Assembly (NCBI GenBank): GCA_964016885.1
Contig: OZ024761.1
Span: 20,274,001 to 20,338,000 of the forward strand
Reading direction: 5' to 3'
DNA: 64,000 bases
Origin: Eledone cirrhosa
Lineage: Eukaryota
Below the pieces are notes generated by a model. That model saw nothing but the letters and a program-made list of their open reading frames with translations. It was not told the DNA's origin and searched no databases. Shown piece by piece: positions 25,001 to 39,323 of the stretch (positions are counted from its first letter, which is position 1; each line of letters begins with the position of its first letter). The position numbers and the translations under genes were made by a program.

Positions 25001-27269
25001 AACTGTCTAAAATCCCTCTAAAATTACAAAAATGACTCTATAAGGGCTATAACGTACTCTACAATTGATAAAATGACACTAAAAGTGCTGTAACGGCACC
25101 ATAAATGACTAAAATCACTCTAAATTGACTAAAACGACTCTAAAATTGCTAAACCACTCCTTAAATGAGTAAAATCACTCTAAAATGGCTAAAATGACGC
25201 TAAATTGACAAAATTGACTCTATAAGGGCTATAACGGACTCTAATATTGATAAGATGACACTTATAGTGCTGTAACGGCACCATAAATGACTAAAACGTC
25301 TCTAAAATGGCTAAAACACTCCTCAAATGGGTAAAACGAGTCTAAAACGGCTAACACGACGCTAAATGACTAAAATGACTCTATAAGTGCTATAAGGGAC
25401 TCTATAATTGATAAAATGACACTAAAATGGCTGCAGCGGCACCATAAATGACAAAAACGTCTCTAAAATGGCTAAAATACTCCTCAAATGGGTAAAACGA
25501 CTCTAAAACGGCTAACACGACGCTAAAATGACTAAAATGTCTCTATAAGTGCTATAAGGGACTCTATAATTGATAAAATGACACTAAAAGGGCTGCAACG
25601 GCACCATAAATGACTAAAACGTCCCTAAAATGGCTAAAACACTGCTTAAATTAGTAAAACGACTCTCAACTGTCTAAATTCCCTCTAAAATGGCTAAAAC
25701 ACTCCTCAAATGAGTTAAACGACTCTAAAACGACTAAAGTGATGCTAAAATGAGTAAAATGACCCTATAGGGGCTATAACGGACTCTACAATTGATAAAA
25801 TGACACTAAAAGTGCTGTAACGGCACCATAATTGATAAAATGACACTAAAAGGGCTGTAACGGCACCATAAATGAGTAAAACGTCCCTAAAATGGCTAAA
25901 ACACTGCTTAAATTAGTAAAACGACTCTCAACTGTCTAAATTCCCTCTAAAATGGCTAAAACACTCCTCAAATGAGTAAAACGACTCTAAAACGACTAAA
26001 ATGATGCTAAAATGAGTAAAAATACTCTATAGTGGCTATAACGGACTCTACAATTGATAAAATGACACTAAAAGTACTGTAACGTCACCATAAATGATTA
26101 AAATCACTCTAAATTGATTAAACGACTCTAAAATTGCTAAACCAATCCTTAAATGAGTAAAACCACTCTATAATGGCTAAAACGACGCTATAATGACTAA
26201 AATGACTCTATAAGGGCAATAACGGACTCTATAATTGATAAAATGACACTAAAAGTGCTGTAACGGCACCATAAATGACTAAAACACCTCTAAAATGTCT
26301 AAAACACTCATTAAATGAGTAAAACCACTCTAAAATGGCTAAAATGACGCTAAAATGACAAAAATGACTCTATAAGGGCTAGAACGGACTCTACAATTGA
26401 TAAAATGACACTAAAAGTGCTGTAACGGCACCATAAATGACAAAAATCATTCTAAATTGACTAAAACGACTCTAAAATTGCTAAACCACTCCTTAAATGA
26501 GTAAAACCACTCTAAAATGGCTAAAACGATGCTAAAATGACTAAAGTTACTCTATAAGGGCAATAACGGACTCTATAATTGATAAAATGACACTAAAAGT
26601 GCTGTAACGGCACAATAAATGACTAAAACGATTCTAAAATGGCTAAAACACTCCTTAAATGAGTAAAACCACTCTAAAATGACCAAAACACTCCTTAAAT
26701 GAGTAAAACCACTCTAAAATGGCTAAAATGACGCTAAATTGACAAAATTGACTCTATAGGGGCAATAACGGACTCTATAATTGATAAAATGACACTAAAA
26801 GTGCTGTAACGGCACCATAAATGACTAAAACACCTCTAAAATGTCTAAAACACTCCTTAAATGAGTAAAACCACTCTGAAATGGCTAAAATGACGCTAAA
26901 ATGACAAGAATGACTCTATAAGGGCTATAACGGACTCTACAATTGATAAAATGACACTAAAAGGGCTGTAACGGCACCATAAATGACAAAATCGTCTCTA
27001 AAATGGCTAAAACACAGCTTAAATTATTAAAACGACTCTCAACTGTCTAAAATCCCTCTAAAATGACAAAAATGACTCTATAAGGGCTATAACGGACTCT
27101 ACAATTGATAAAATGACACTAAAAGTGCTGTAACGGCACCATAAATGACTAAAATCACTCTAAATTGACTAAAACGACTCTAAAATTGCTAAACCACTCC
27201 TTAAATGAGTAAAATCACTCTAAAATGGCTAAAATGACGCTAAATTGACAAAATTGACTCTATAAGGGC
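13045..27269. repeat. Large hierarchical satellite (9-12-bp A-tract subunits, ~150-230-bp units, kb-scale duplications), truncated by an assembly gap
   Basis: Landmark ctctataagggctataacggactctacaattgataaaatgacactaaaagtgctgtaacggcaccataaatgact recurs throughout. Shared rare variants at 15661/17091 and 23321/25261. Confidence 0.97.
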
Positions 27270-27469
27270 NNNNNNNNNNNNNNNNNNNNNNNNNNNNNNN
27301 NNNNNNNNNNNNNNNNNNNNNNNNNNNNNNNNNNNNNNNNNNNNNNNNNNNNNNNNNNNNNNNNNNNNNNNNNNNNNNNNNNNNNNNNNNNNNNNNNNNN
27401 NNNNNNNNNNNNNNNNNNNNNNNNNNNNNNNNNNNNNNNNNNNNNNNNNNNNNNNNNNNNNNNNNNNNN
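27270..27469. other. Assembly gap (200 N)
   Basis: Run of n. Confidence 1.
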
Positions 27470-27479
27470 AATACGAAAA

Positions 27480-27751
27480 GCATCGACAACATCAACACCA
27501 ACCACCACCAACAACAACAACACCACCACCACCAACACCAACAACAACACCATCAACAACAACAACACCACCAACAACACCAACAACAACAACACCACCA
27601 AGACACCACCAACAACACCACCACCACCAACACCACCAACACCACCACCACCAACAACAACAACACCACAACACCAACACCACCACCACCACCACCAACA
27701 CCAACACAACAACACCACCAACAACAACAACACCAACACCACAACACCACC

Positions 27752-27783
<32 letters not shown>

Positions 27784-27795
27784 CACCAACAACAT
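27480..27795. repeat. (CAA/CAC)n microsatellite
   Basis: Direct reading. Confidence 0.95.
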
Positions 27796-28159
27796 ACAAT
27801 GTTACACACATTCAACTTTTGTAAATGTCACATCTTACAAAAGACATTTCTGTTAGAATCAAGATTCTGTGAAGGAAACAATTCTGTCTGGTGTATTTCA
27901 CCAAAGAACCTGCGTCTCCTGGCCCGTGCTATTTCTCCAAGTGTGGACAAGGAGATCGTTGAAATTCTTCTGACTCACCAACACAGAAAAATGGGCGGCT
28001 TTTTCTTTTTCATTCTTGGTTTTCATGTCTTCTAGAGACGAATCGAGATGACAAATTGGTAAAGTCTTTAGAATCTCGGAGAGAATACATCGTGACATTC
28101 GTTCCAGTTCGCTCGCTGTCTCTCTCTCTCTCTATCTCACTCTCTCTCTTTCTCTCTAC

Positions 28160-28190
<31 letters not shown>

Positions 28191-28193
28191 ACT

Positions 28194-28357
<164 letters not shown>

Positions 28358-29119
28358 CTCTCTCTGAGTTGAAATCTCGCCAAAGTCAACTTTGCCTCTC
28401 GCATCCTTTCGAAGTCGATAAATGGAATACCAGCTCTGTATTGAGGTTGATTCTCCCTCTGTGTCACTATCTCACTTTTCCTTTGTCACTCTCTCTCTCT
28501 CTCTCTCTTTTTTTTTTTTCCTATATATATATATAAGAAATCGACCAGCACCACAATCGCCGCCACCATCACTGCTATATTGATCAGTGTGTCCATTCTT
28601 GCAGATATAAACTGTCTCCATTCCTCCTCATCATCCCCCTCTCCTCCCTTGCTCCCCTCACCCTCGCCTCCCTTGCCCCCTCCCCCTGTCCTCCTCCTCC
28701 CAGTTTCCCCTCTGACATTTTCTATCTCTGCGACACTTTATTGATTGAGGAATTTTTCCAAATGGTCGACAGAGAGAAGAGACACATAAATCACACACAC
28801 ACACACACACACACACACATAAATCACACACATAAATCACACACACACACACATAAATCACACACACACACAAATACATAAATCACACACACACACACAC
28901 ATACATAAATCACACACACATACATATAATATCACACACATGAGCACAGACTCATACATACATATATATATATATATCACACACGCACACATATATATAT
29001 TTTCATGTATCTACGCCTGTGTATGTATATATATATATATATATCTAGTGCGGGTAAAATTCCCGAGATCCATGGACGAGTTCTCTCTAGTGGTCTCTGT
29101 CCCTCATTATCGCTGCCAT

Positions 29120-29483
29120 GTCCATGTCTTCATTGCTGTAGTGGAGTCTGTGCTGCTGTACGGGTCTGAGACTTGGACACTGACCAAGAAACTCACTCAG
29201 ATGGTGGATGGGTGCTACACGAGAATGCTGAGGATGGCTCTGAACATTAATCAGTATACACTCAGGATGAAAAACTAAGAGCTGTACGGGAGCCTCCCAA
29301 AAGTCAGCTCAAAAGTGACACAGACGAGACTGAGGTTGGCTGGACATGCTCACCGACATCCAGAGTTGACATTTAACTCAGTGCTCCTGTGGGAGCCCCT
29401 ACATGGACACACTGGAAGAGGAAGACCAAGGTTAACGTATGTTGATGCCCTAAGGACAGACACTGGTCTGTTGGAGACGCAGG

Positions 29484-29485
<2 letters not shown>
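29120..29485 (+). mobile_element. RTE-like LINE, decayed C-terminal (post-RT) fragment
   Basis: FIAVVESVLLYGSETWTLTKKLTQMVDGCYTRMLRMAL...*...RLRLAGHAHRHPE...LLWEPLHGHTGRGRPRLTYVD: typical LLYGSETW and RGRP motifs, with an in-frame stop at 29276-29278. Confidence 0.9.
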
Positions 29486-29557
<72 letters not shown>

Positions 29558-29599
29558 CAATTTGTAAATAATAACCTTGGGACTACCATCACCATTATT

Positions 29600-29640
<41 letters not shown>

Positions 29641-29712
29641 TGTGCTAAAACTCCAGATTAGAATTACTTACGGTGTTTAGTTCTGCACCATTTCATTGCA
29701 AAAGTCTTCGAT

Positions 29713-29766
<54 letters not shown>

Positions 29767-29926
29767 TACCACTACTACCACTACCACTACCACTACTACT
29801 ATTACTACTACTACTAATACTACTACTACTACTGCTACCACCACCACCACCACCACTACCACAGCTACCACCACCACCACCACCACCACCACCACTAGTA
29901 CTAGTACTACTACTACTACTACTACA

Positions 29927-29957
<31 letters not shown>

Positions 29958-30069
29958 GTGCTGCTACTGTTGTTATTATTTATATTCTGTTTTATTGTTC
30001 ATGTGAAAGCACGCATTCAACAGAATCGCTTCTTGAAATACAATTTTCTCCATCGCTTACTCTAATGAA

Positions 30070-30115
<46 letters not shown>

Positions 30116-30125
30116 CATATATATG

Positions 30126-30156
<31 letters not shown>

Positions 30157-30193
30157 ATATATGTATATATGTATTTATATATATATATATATA

Positions 30194-30330
<137 letters not shown>

Positions 30331-30355
30331 TCATACACATATATATATGTGCGTG

Positions 30356-30392
<37 letters not shown>

Positions 30393-30644
30393 ATATGAGT
30401 GTGTGTGTGTGTGTTTCATTATGGCAGCTTAATTGTATGTCTACCATATTATCTGAACAAGATATGAAGTAGCGAGACACTCTCGCCCCAAGGTTAACCT
30501 TTCTGTTATCTTGTTACCATATTAATCATAAAATAGGAGTTTCCTTCGAAGGATCTTTGGAATAACTTTATATGATAGGGCGAGTAACTAGGATATCTCT
30601 GTGTCGCTCCGCAGAGAGCTTCTATGTGTCGCTTCTCCCTCGAT

Positions 30645-30890
30645 TTGAGATATTACAGCTCCCATACTATGGCCAAGTTGTTCTCCAAACTGAGAGATCA
30701 CAGCTCCGTATACTATGGAGATGTTGTTCTCCAAACTGAGATATTACAGCTCCCATACTATGGCCAAGTTGTTCTCCAAACTGAGAGATCACAGCTCCCA
30801 TACTATGGCCAAGTTGTTCTCCAAACTGAGAGATCACAGCTCCCATACTATGGAGATGTTGTTCTCCAAACTGAGAGATCACAGCTCCGA
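30645..30890. repeat. 45-bp minisatellite, ~5.5 copies
   Basis: ccaaactgag at 30685, 30731, 30776, 30821, 30866. Confidence 0.95.
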
Positions 30891-31119
30891 TCCTACGGGC
30901 GTGTAGAAACCCTGGGTTAAACCACGTCCAAGATGGTTGGATAACATCCATAAGCTCGGATGGTCTCACGTGGAGACAGTTGGTCTCGTATGGAGATCCA
31001 ACCGGATTAAATGGAGACAGTTGCTTCTGATAGGATCCTCTAGAAAGCGAACCTGAGGGTCCTGACCCCACGACCCTCCCAGAAAAAGATAGTATTTGTG
31101 AAATATGATGCGACATAGA

Positions 31120-31300
31120 GTTGCAGCCCTCTACTTTCTAATTTCAAATCACGCCGAGGTTAGCTTTGCCTTTCATCATTATCAAACCCATAATGGGTTG
31201 ATAAACTAAAGTACCAGTAATGCACTGGTGTCGATTTAATTGACTTTCCCCTGTCCCCCAAAATTGCTGGCCTTGTGTCTAAAAGTAGAACCAATTATTA
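31120..31300 (+). mobile_element. tRNA-derived SINE, family A, 5'-truncated
   Basis: ttcaaatcacgccgaggttagctttgcctttcatc...aaagtaccagtaatgcactgg...gctggccttgtgtctaaaagtagaac. Confidence 0.8.
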
Positions 31301-31962
31301 TTATTAGTATTCTTATATCATTATTATCTGCTTTTCTTTTTAGGAAAGCCCTTGTCTGCCTGTGATCCGGTACTGATGTTTTCCAGTCAACCATCGCCAG
31401 AAACTAACTCTACATTCATTGTTGGAAGAACAACTTATCAATGCCGAATGAGAAAACCACCAGATGGCGCCAGTGGTGATTTTAAAAGGACGACGACGAC
31501 GACGCCACCGCCGTCTAGTGTTGAAATCTCTAGCTACCTCTCTCAATCGGATACACTCCACAAGAACATTAATATATATTATCATTACATATTATAACAA
31601 TGTCAGAAAGATATTGTATGAATACAACCAGAATATTAACTGGAGCCGCGCGAAAAGTGCACAGATTATATATTAAATTATATATCAAATATTAACAAAA
31701 AAAAAATGGAAACTATACGGATTACAGGGTAAATATGAGAGAGAAAGAGGAAGACATATTGTAAAAGATGTAAAAACGTAAAGTGAGAAAAACGCACGAA
31801 ATATCAATTTTTTGCCATACTTTCAATATTAATCTGAGTTTGGAGTAGAAAAAATATCTTTATTATGAATATCATGAAGAAATAAAACTCATACGAAACA
31901 GACAAATAAAAGAAAAAGTCATAACAGATCCATATTACAACACATATACATTATACATACAT

Positions 31963-31993
<31 letters not shown>

Positions 31994-32039
31994 GAATATA
32001 TATTAGTAGTGTTTTATTTTACTGCATTCAGATAATCGA

Positions 32040-32151
<112 letters not shown>

Positions 32152-32425
32152 AATTTTAAATAAGAAAAAACAAAATAGAAATCAAGATAGAGACATTATT
32201 TATCTCTGCTTTTCTATTATTATTTTCATCTTTGTCTTCAGTCATTGGACTGCGGCCATGCTACAGCACCGCCCTCGTTTACATCACTTATGAATTGTGT
32301 TCGTAACTAAACTCAGCAACAAAACTGAGTTGAACGGGATCTGATAATTTTACTACAATCAAACCACCACAGATCTCACCTTCGACTGAAAATATATAAT
32401 ACTAAAACAACATTACTATAAAAAG

Positions 32426-32518
<93 letters not shown>

Positions 32519-32672
32519 CTATGTATCTATGTGTATATGTATGAATAACTCAAGAAATTCCACAGGAATTACAAAGAAAGGAGCGACCAAAAGACCAACA
32601 AAACGTGATTAAGAATTATTAGTCAATATATATATATATAAAACAATACATCAAGTTCACATCGTGTACCCC

Positions 32673-33785
32673 ATGAATGGATCAACAAATAACCCCCTAA
32701 GTGGGTTAGAAGTGCAACAAACACTCGTTTATCCTTCCTTACAGGACCAGTTAAATCCGTCCTTATTACGGGCCATTTATGTAAAGGACCCGCCGAATGT
32801 CACGGTTGGTATAATTCTCTGTCTCATTATTCTGGCTACAATTGTTGGCAACGTTCTGGTCTTTGTAGCTGTTTTCTTACGTAAGAATCTTCGGACTATC
32901 TCGAACATGTTTATAATGTCCCTCAGCGTTGCCGATTTCTTAGTCGGCACCGTGGTTATGATCCCTGCCATGCTAAACGAAATCTTTGACGAATGGGTAC
33001 TTTCACAGACATGCTGTTCCATATGGGCGTCGTTCGATGTGATGTTGTGCAGTGCATCCATTTTGAACGTATGCCTGATTAGTCTGGATCGCTACTTGGT
33101 GATCATGCGACCCTTGCGATATAATGCCCTAATGACCCACCAACGAGCCATTGCACTCTTGCTAATTTGCTGGGGTTTGTCTATACTGAGTTCTTTCGTT
33201 CCGATAGAGACGGGTTACCACAATCCCACATTACCGTCTTTAGAAAACCTCACCCTCTTCAGCTCCCGACCGCAGTGTCTCTTCATAGTTAGCATGCCAT
33301 TTGCATTGACTGCCTCGACGGTAACCATATTCCTACCCATTGTTGTAGCATTCGTCCTCTATTACCGGGTGTCGAAGGAGGCCAAGCGACAGTCGTGCAT
33401 ACTCGGTACCCTCATAGCTCCCACTAACGTCCTTCTAGGCCAGAAGGTCGCCTCGAAACATATACGAGAGCCGTTCACGCGCAAGGCGACGATAACACTC
33501 GGAATAATAGTCGGTGCCTATGTGGTGACGTGGGCGCCATTTTTAATTTTCAACATCACCGAAGCATTTTGCCGCTGTATCCCGACCAAGCTGTTTACCA
33601 GCATGGTTTGGCTCGGCTACTGCAACAGCCTAATAAACCCAATTATCTACCCTTTCTTCATGAGGGACTTTAGACGAGTCTACATGGAAGGTTTATCTGT
33701 ATGCTGTCCATTCATAAAAACTTTAAAACGAGCCAAAACTAAAACCACAGATTATATAGTAATGCAAAGATCCGTGTCGAAATGA
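32673..33785 (+). CDS. HTR6: Class A aminergic GPCR, serotonin receptor 5-HT6-like; single coding exon, 370 aa from ATG 32673
   Basis: 7 TM segments with GN (TM1), SLSVAD (TM2), D3.32 in SFDVMLCSASILNVCLISLDRY, TM5 PFALTASTVTIFLP, TM6 KATITLGIIVGAYVVTWAPF..N, ECL3 CxC and TM7 WLGYCNSLINPIIYPFFMRDF. These closely parallel vertebrate HTR6 as I recall it (AFDVMCCSASILNLCLISLDRY; PFVLVASGLTFFLP; WLGYCNSTMNPIIYPLFMRDF). The ORF track starts at an upstream GTG. Confidence 0.9.
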   Translation: MNGSTNNPLSGLEVQQTLVYPSLQDQLNPSLLRAIYVKDPPNVTVGIILCLIILATIVGNVLVFVAVFLRKNLRTISNMFIMSLSVADFLVGTVVMIPAMLNEIFDEWVLSQTCCSIWASFDVMLCSASILNVCLISLDRYLVIMRPLRYNALMTHQRAIALLLICWGLSILSSFVPIETGYHNPTLPSLENLTLFSSRPQCLFIVSMPFALTASTVTIFLPIVVAFVLYYRVSKEAKRQSCILGTLIAPTNVLLGQKVASKHIREPFTRKATITLGIIVGAYVVTWAPFLIFNITEAFCRCIPTKLFTSMVWLGYCNSLINPIIYPFFMRDFRRVYMEGLSVCCPFIKTLKRAKTKTTDYIVMQRSVSK

Positions 33786-34061
33786 AATTGACTTTAAATT
33801 AAGATTTTAATTTGAATTATTTCCAGAAAAACAAAACAAAAAAATGGCAAATGACGGTTCTTTGTATATTTATGTATACACAATAACCCCAACCATGCTA
33901 CCATCATAACCCTAACCGCCCGACACCTCCACGAGCCCTATACTACCAGCAGCAGCAGCAGCACAGACATCAAAGGAAAAACAATAAAAAATGACGGCAA
34001 ACAATCAATGAGTGTATATATATATATATATAAATATATATATATATAATGTATATATATA

Positions 34062-34121
<60 letters not shown>

Positions 34122-34324
34122 CACCTGTATATATTGTTAATAAATAGGTTTTCTTTTCCTGCACCAAACACCAAACACCAAACACCAACCACGATACATT
34201 GACTTCCAGTCAAGAATCTGTTACTAGTTTAGAGTACATTTATCTTACAATACTGTTGACAGCTAGTTAAAGTGTTTCACTGTTGGTGGTAGCATATTAC
34301 ATACTAACCTACAACAGTACCAAC

Positions 34325-34700
34325 AACACTACCACAACCACAACCATTTACACCACCACCACCACCACAACCACAACCATTTACACCACCACCACCACCA
34401 CAACCATTTACACCACCACAACCATTTACACCACCACAGCCATTTACACCACCACCACAACCATTTATACCACCACAACCATTTACACCACCACCACAAC
34501 CATTTACACCACCACCACAGCCATTTACACCACCACCACAACCATTTACACCACCACAACAACCATTTACACCACCACCACAACCATTTACACCACCACA
34601 ACCATTTACACCACGACCACGACCACAATAACCATTTACACCACCACCACCACCACCACAACAACCACAACCAGTAGTAGTAGTAGTAGTAGTACTAGTA
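34325..34700. repeat. (CAC)-based minisatellite, catttacaccaccaccacaac
   Basis: Direct reading. Confidence 0.9.
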
Positions 34701-34850
34701 GTACCAACAATAACAGCAAGAACAACAACAGCGGTTTGATTTAGCTGTAGAATCTGTGTTACTTCGAAGTAGCTATTCTGCTGTATTATATGTGTGTATA
34801 TATAAATGTATATATATATGTATAAATATATATATATATATATATGTGTG

Positions 34851-34901
<51 letters not shown>

Positions 34902-35504
34902 CAGCAACAACTATAACAACAACAACACCTACAACTACAATAACAACAACAACTATAACCACCACCACAACAACAACAACTATAACTACAACAATCAAGC
35001 TGCTGGGTAAGATAGTATGATTCCTCGACCTGCTAGAAATAGCAGTCAGATGACCCTCTAAATAACAATAAAACAAGGAAGGGCACACATTGTACAGCTT
35101 GGTAGGAAATGAACTTTAAACTAAAATAATGAATTGTATCAACAATTTACGAGGAGCCTGTCACGGTGGGAAAGCCTTTGATGATAATTCTACCTTATAC
35201 TGGACTGACCTGGGGCTAAAGCTAAACAACGTTACCAATAATATCATTACCATAGGTTTGATATTCGATATTTATTGATTGATTTATTAATTACTCTAAT
35301 TATGATGTCATTTAGGTACATATGTTTCCTGGTCGCCTCTTTCTGAGACAGGCTACCGATCTTCAGCCTATATTGACTATTCAATTTTGTAATTACACAA
35401 CACTATATATATATAATATATATATATATATGTATATATATGTCTTTATATATATATATATATATATAAAGACATATATATATAAGGACACATATATATA
35501 TGTA

Positions 35505-35566
<62 letters not shown>

Positions 35567-35669
35567 TATATGTGTCCTTATATATATATACATATATATA
35601 TATAAAGTAATATATACATATATATATATATATATATTCATATATATATATACATATATGTATGTATGT

Positions 35670-35722
<53 letters not shown>

Positions 35723-35728
35723 TGTATG

Positions 35729-35763
<35 letters not shown>

Positions 35764-35795
35764 ATATTTATATATATATATATATACATATATAT

Positions 35796-35869
<74 letters not shown>

Positions 35870-36336
35870 CGACATTTATGTAAAATATTTCAAGACTGTA
35901 TATACAGAAAAAAATAAAATAAAAATAAAAATAAATAGAAATAATAATAAATTTTTAAAAAAAAGAGGAAAAATATGTGAGAAGTAAATCCCCGGATGTG
36001 AAACATAATGGAGACATTTACGAATGGTACGAGATGTTACGAGATGTGGACATTTTTCACAATTACTAACCGGTGGATGGACAAATATTACAAAAAGACT
36101 TCGAGATGAATCGAAAAGAAAAAAAAAACTACTGTGGAAACGATCCATATATATACATATATATATATTATATTATATTTATTTATTTATGTGTGTGTAT
36201 GTATATATGTACGTATGTATATATGTATTTTTATGTATATAATATTAATGCGTGATTGCGACGTAGGTTCATGTGGACGAAAGAACTGCAAGCCAATATG
36301 ATAGTGTGTGTGTATATACATATATATATGTGTGTG

Positions 36337-36391
<55 letters not shown>

Positions 36392-36444
36392 AAATGTATA
36401 AATATATATATATATATATGCGTATATGTGTTTATATATGTATA

Positions 36445-36529
<85 letters not shown>

Positions 36530-37091
36530 ACATATATATCTCTATAAAGACATATATATATATATATACATACATATATATATGTAAGTATGTACGTGTA
36601 TATATATGTGTATATATGTATACATATATATATATATATATGTACGTATATATATATATGTGTGTGTGTATATATGTATACATATATTTATATAAGTATG
36701 TACGTATGTGTATATATGTGTATATATGTATATATATATGTGTATATATGTGTATATATCTGTGTATATATGTGTATATCTATATATATATTGAGATCAA
36801 GTGTATATTAGTAGTTGTATTTTTGTGTATGCGCGAGTATGATTATATCTATATTTATATCAAAAGAAAAGATTCTGTGTTTATATATATATATATACAT
36901 ATATATATACATATATATATACATATATATATATGTATATAAAATATATATAGTCATATATATATAGATATATATATTCGTATATAAATACATATATATA
37001 TATGTATATATATATAAGTATATATATATACATATATACATATATATGTGTGTATATAGAATATATATATTCATATATAAATATATATATT

Positions 37092-37124
<33 letters not shown>

Positions 37125-37148
37125 ATATATATAGTCATATATATATTC

Positions 37149-37280
<132 letters not shown>

Positions 37281-37539
37281 GTATATCTATATATCTATTT
37301 ATTTACCTCAGTCGTTCCTCGGTGGATATAAACTGTTAAATACTTTGTTAAACCTTGTTAAATATAAATATTTGTTACACCTGTTATGTTTATTTTCTGT
37401 AGATTGAACAGACATCACTCTCAGCCTGTAGATACATATATTTTCTACTTGAATATATTCATTCATCCTCAATATATACTCGTGTTTATTCATACTGCTT
37501 TTATATTTATTATTATTTGTTATTAATTTGTTGTTGATA

Positions 37540-37730
37540 GGATGGTGAATTGGCAGTATCGGTAGAAAGTCGGACGCCATGCTTTGCAGCAAAGAGTTAC
37601 GGCCCTTTATGATCTGAGTTCAAATCCCACCGAGGTTAACTTTGCCTTTCATTCTTACGGGGTCGATAAAATAAAGTACCAGTAATGTACTGATATAATT
37701 GCTGGCCTTGTGCCAAAAGTATAAACAATT
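37540..37730 (+). mobile_element. tRNA-derived SINE, family A, near full length
   Basis: ggtgaattggcagtatcggtag...gagttcaaatccc...gctggccttgtgccaaaagt. Confidence 0.9.
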
Positions 37731-37769
37731 ATTTGTTGTTGACACAGCACTCAATAATAAATGTTGGTG

Positions 37770-38025
37770 TTTGGGACAGAACAAAGGGGAGACACGAAAT
37801 AACACACAAAACAACAACAAAGGTTGTCACTGAGGAGGTCACAGAATGTGTGACGAAAGAGCTTTGATGACAACTAAACAACCATCCGGTTATTAAACAA
37901 ACAGACTGGGAGTTCATAATAAATCCAAGTAAAAACCACATCCAGTGCCTGTGTTTTATTGATAGCATGAACCTACCAAAGTACAACACTATGTTACAAC
38001 ACACGTCTTCAGATAGGAAATCATG
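37770..38025 (+). mobile_element. Solo PLE terminal-repeat (pLTR) remnant
   Basis: Colinear homology with 39890-40160 (ggacagaacaaagg; gtcactga.gaggtcacagaatgtgtgacga; catga.cct.ccaaagta.aaca; caacacacgt.ttcagata). Confidence 0.8.
37823..37871 (+). ncRNA. Type I hammerhead ribozyme motif (PLE)
   Basis: gttgtca CTGAGGA g gtcaca gaatg tgtgac GAAA gagCTT tgatgac: stem I 7 bp with wobbles, stem II 6 bp with one extra G, minimal self-complementary (agct) stem III. Confidence 0.7.
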
Positions 38026-38053
38026 CAAAAGAAATAAAAAATCGAAGTGTGTT

Positions 38054-38104
<51 letters not shown>

Positions 38105-38162
38105 ATAAGAAATCTTGCAAAGCAATGCAAAAACGATGTATATATATATGTGTGTGAATGTG

Positions 38163-38196
<34 letters not shown>

Positions 38197-38476
38197 AAAA
38201 GGAAAAGAAAATGATGACAAATTTTTCCCAGTGAAAAATAGTTTCAAAATTTGTCAGCATTTTCTTTTCCTTTTTACTGATATATCACGACTCATGTGTC
38301 AGACCTCTATTTTTTTAAATATATATATATATATAAGCAGAAGGGATATTCAATTTGTTGGTAATTCAACAAATATAAATGTTTATAACTGATTCAGCGC
38401 ACTCTACAGATTTTCTGGAGTATAATATACAATGATATTAAATAAATAGAGAGTATATTTATAAAACCATATTTAT

Positions 38477-38531
38477 TCTATTATATATATTTCAAGGGTA
38501 CCAACATTTTGGTACGCTATCATCAGATAAA
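38477..38531 (-). ncRNA. Type I hammerhead ribozyme motif
   Basis: Minus strand: tttat CTGATGA t agcgtaccaa aatg ttggtaccct t GAAA tatatATA ataga. Stem II 9/10 bp, stem I 5 bp, AUA site. Confidence 0.75.
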
Positions 38532-38578
38532 ATACGAAGTGTGTTTTATAAATTTTGACATAACCAAGGAGAATACAC

Positions 38579-38660
<82 letters not shown>

Positions 38661-39254
38661 CTCAGTTTGTATTACATCTCATACCATATGGATTTTATTT
38701 CCTCCTCCGTGCCCCCTACTGTCACTTCCTGTTGAGGTCAGCAGCGAAAGGTTTACTTATAGAGATCGAAGGTATTGATTCAATATTTTTTTTCTTTTTG
38801 TTCTTGAATTCTTGCCAAATAATTTGACATCCGCTGTTTCAATATGAAGACATCTATGATTATATTGCAGTGTTATGTACACACACATCCCAACTACCTC
38901 CACACACTCCAATTCCACCACCACCACCCCCACTCTCTACACCCCCCTCCCCCCAACTCCACACACCCCACAGCCTACAGCCAGTCCCCTTTTTTCTTTA
39001 TTATTAAAAAAAAATTGTTTACATTTTCATATAAAGAAAATCGAACATGGTGATTGATTCCATTGCTGATCATTGACCCCAATCAATATATAATTACATA
39101 GTTCTACTTTCCATTCCACCCACGCCTCTGGGGGGGGGATGAGGAGGAGGTGGAGGAGGGGAGCTGTGTAGGATTAGAGAGAGAGGGGGTGTGAGTTACA
39201 AATTTAGAATGACCGAGTGGGCGAAAGAAATGGACACATCGATATCAATCTGAC

Positions 39255-39317
<63 letters not shown>

Positions 39318-39323
<6 letters not shown>

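Noticed and set aside
30624-31116. ORFs with 15-aa repeats on both strands
   Set aside because: By-product of the 45-bp minisatellite; no domain or splice support.
32222-32275. Minus-strand CTGAAGA-caaagat-GAAA
   Set aside because: No stem II; the sequence looks like a SINE tail remnant.
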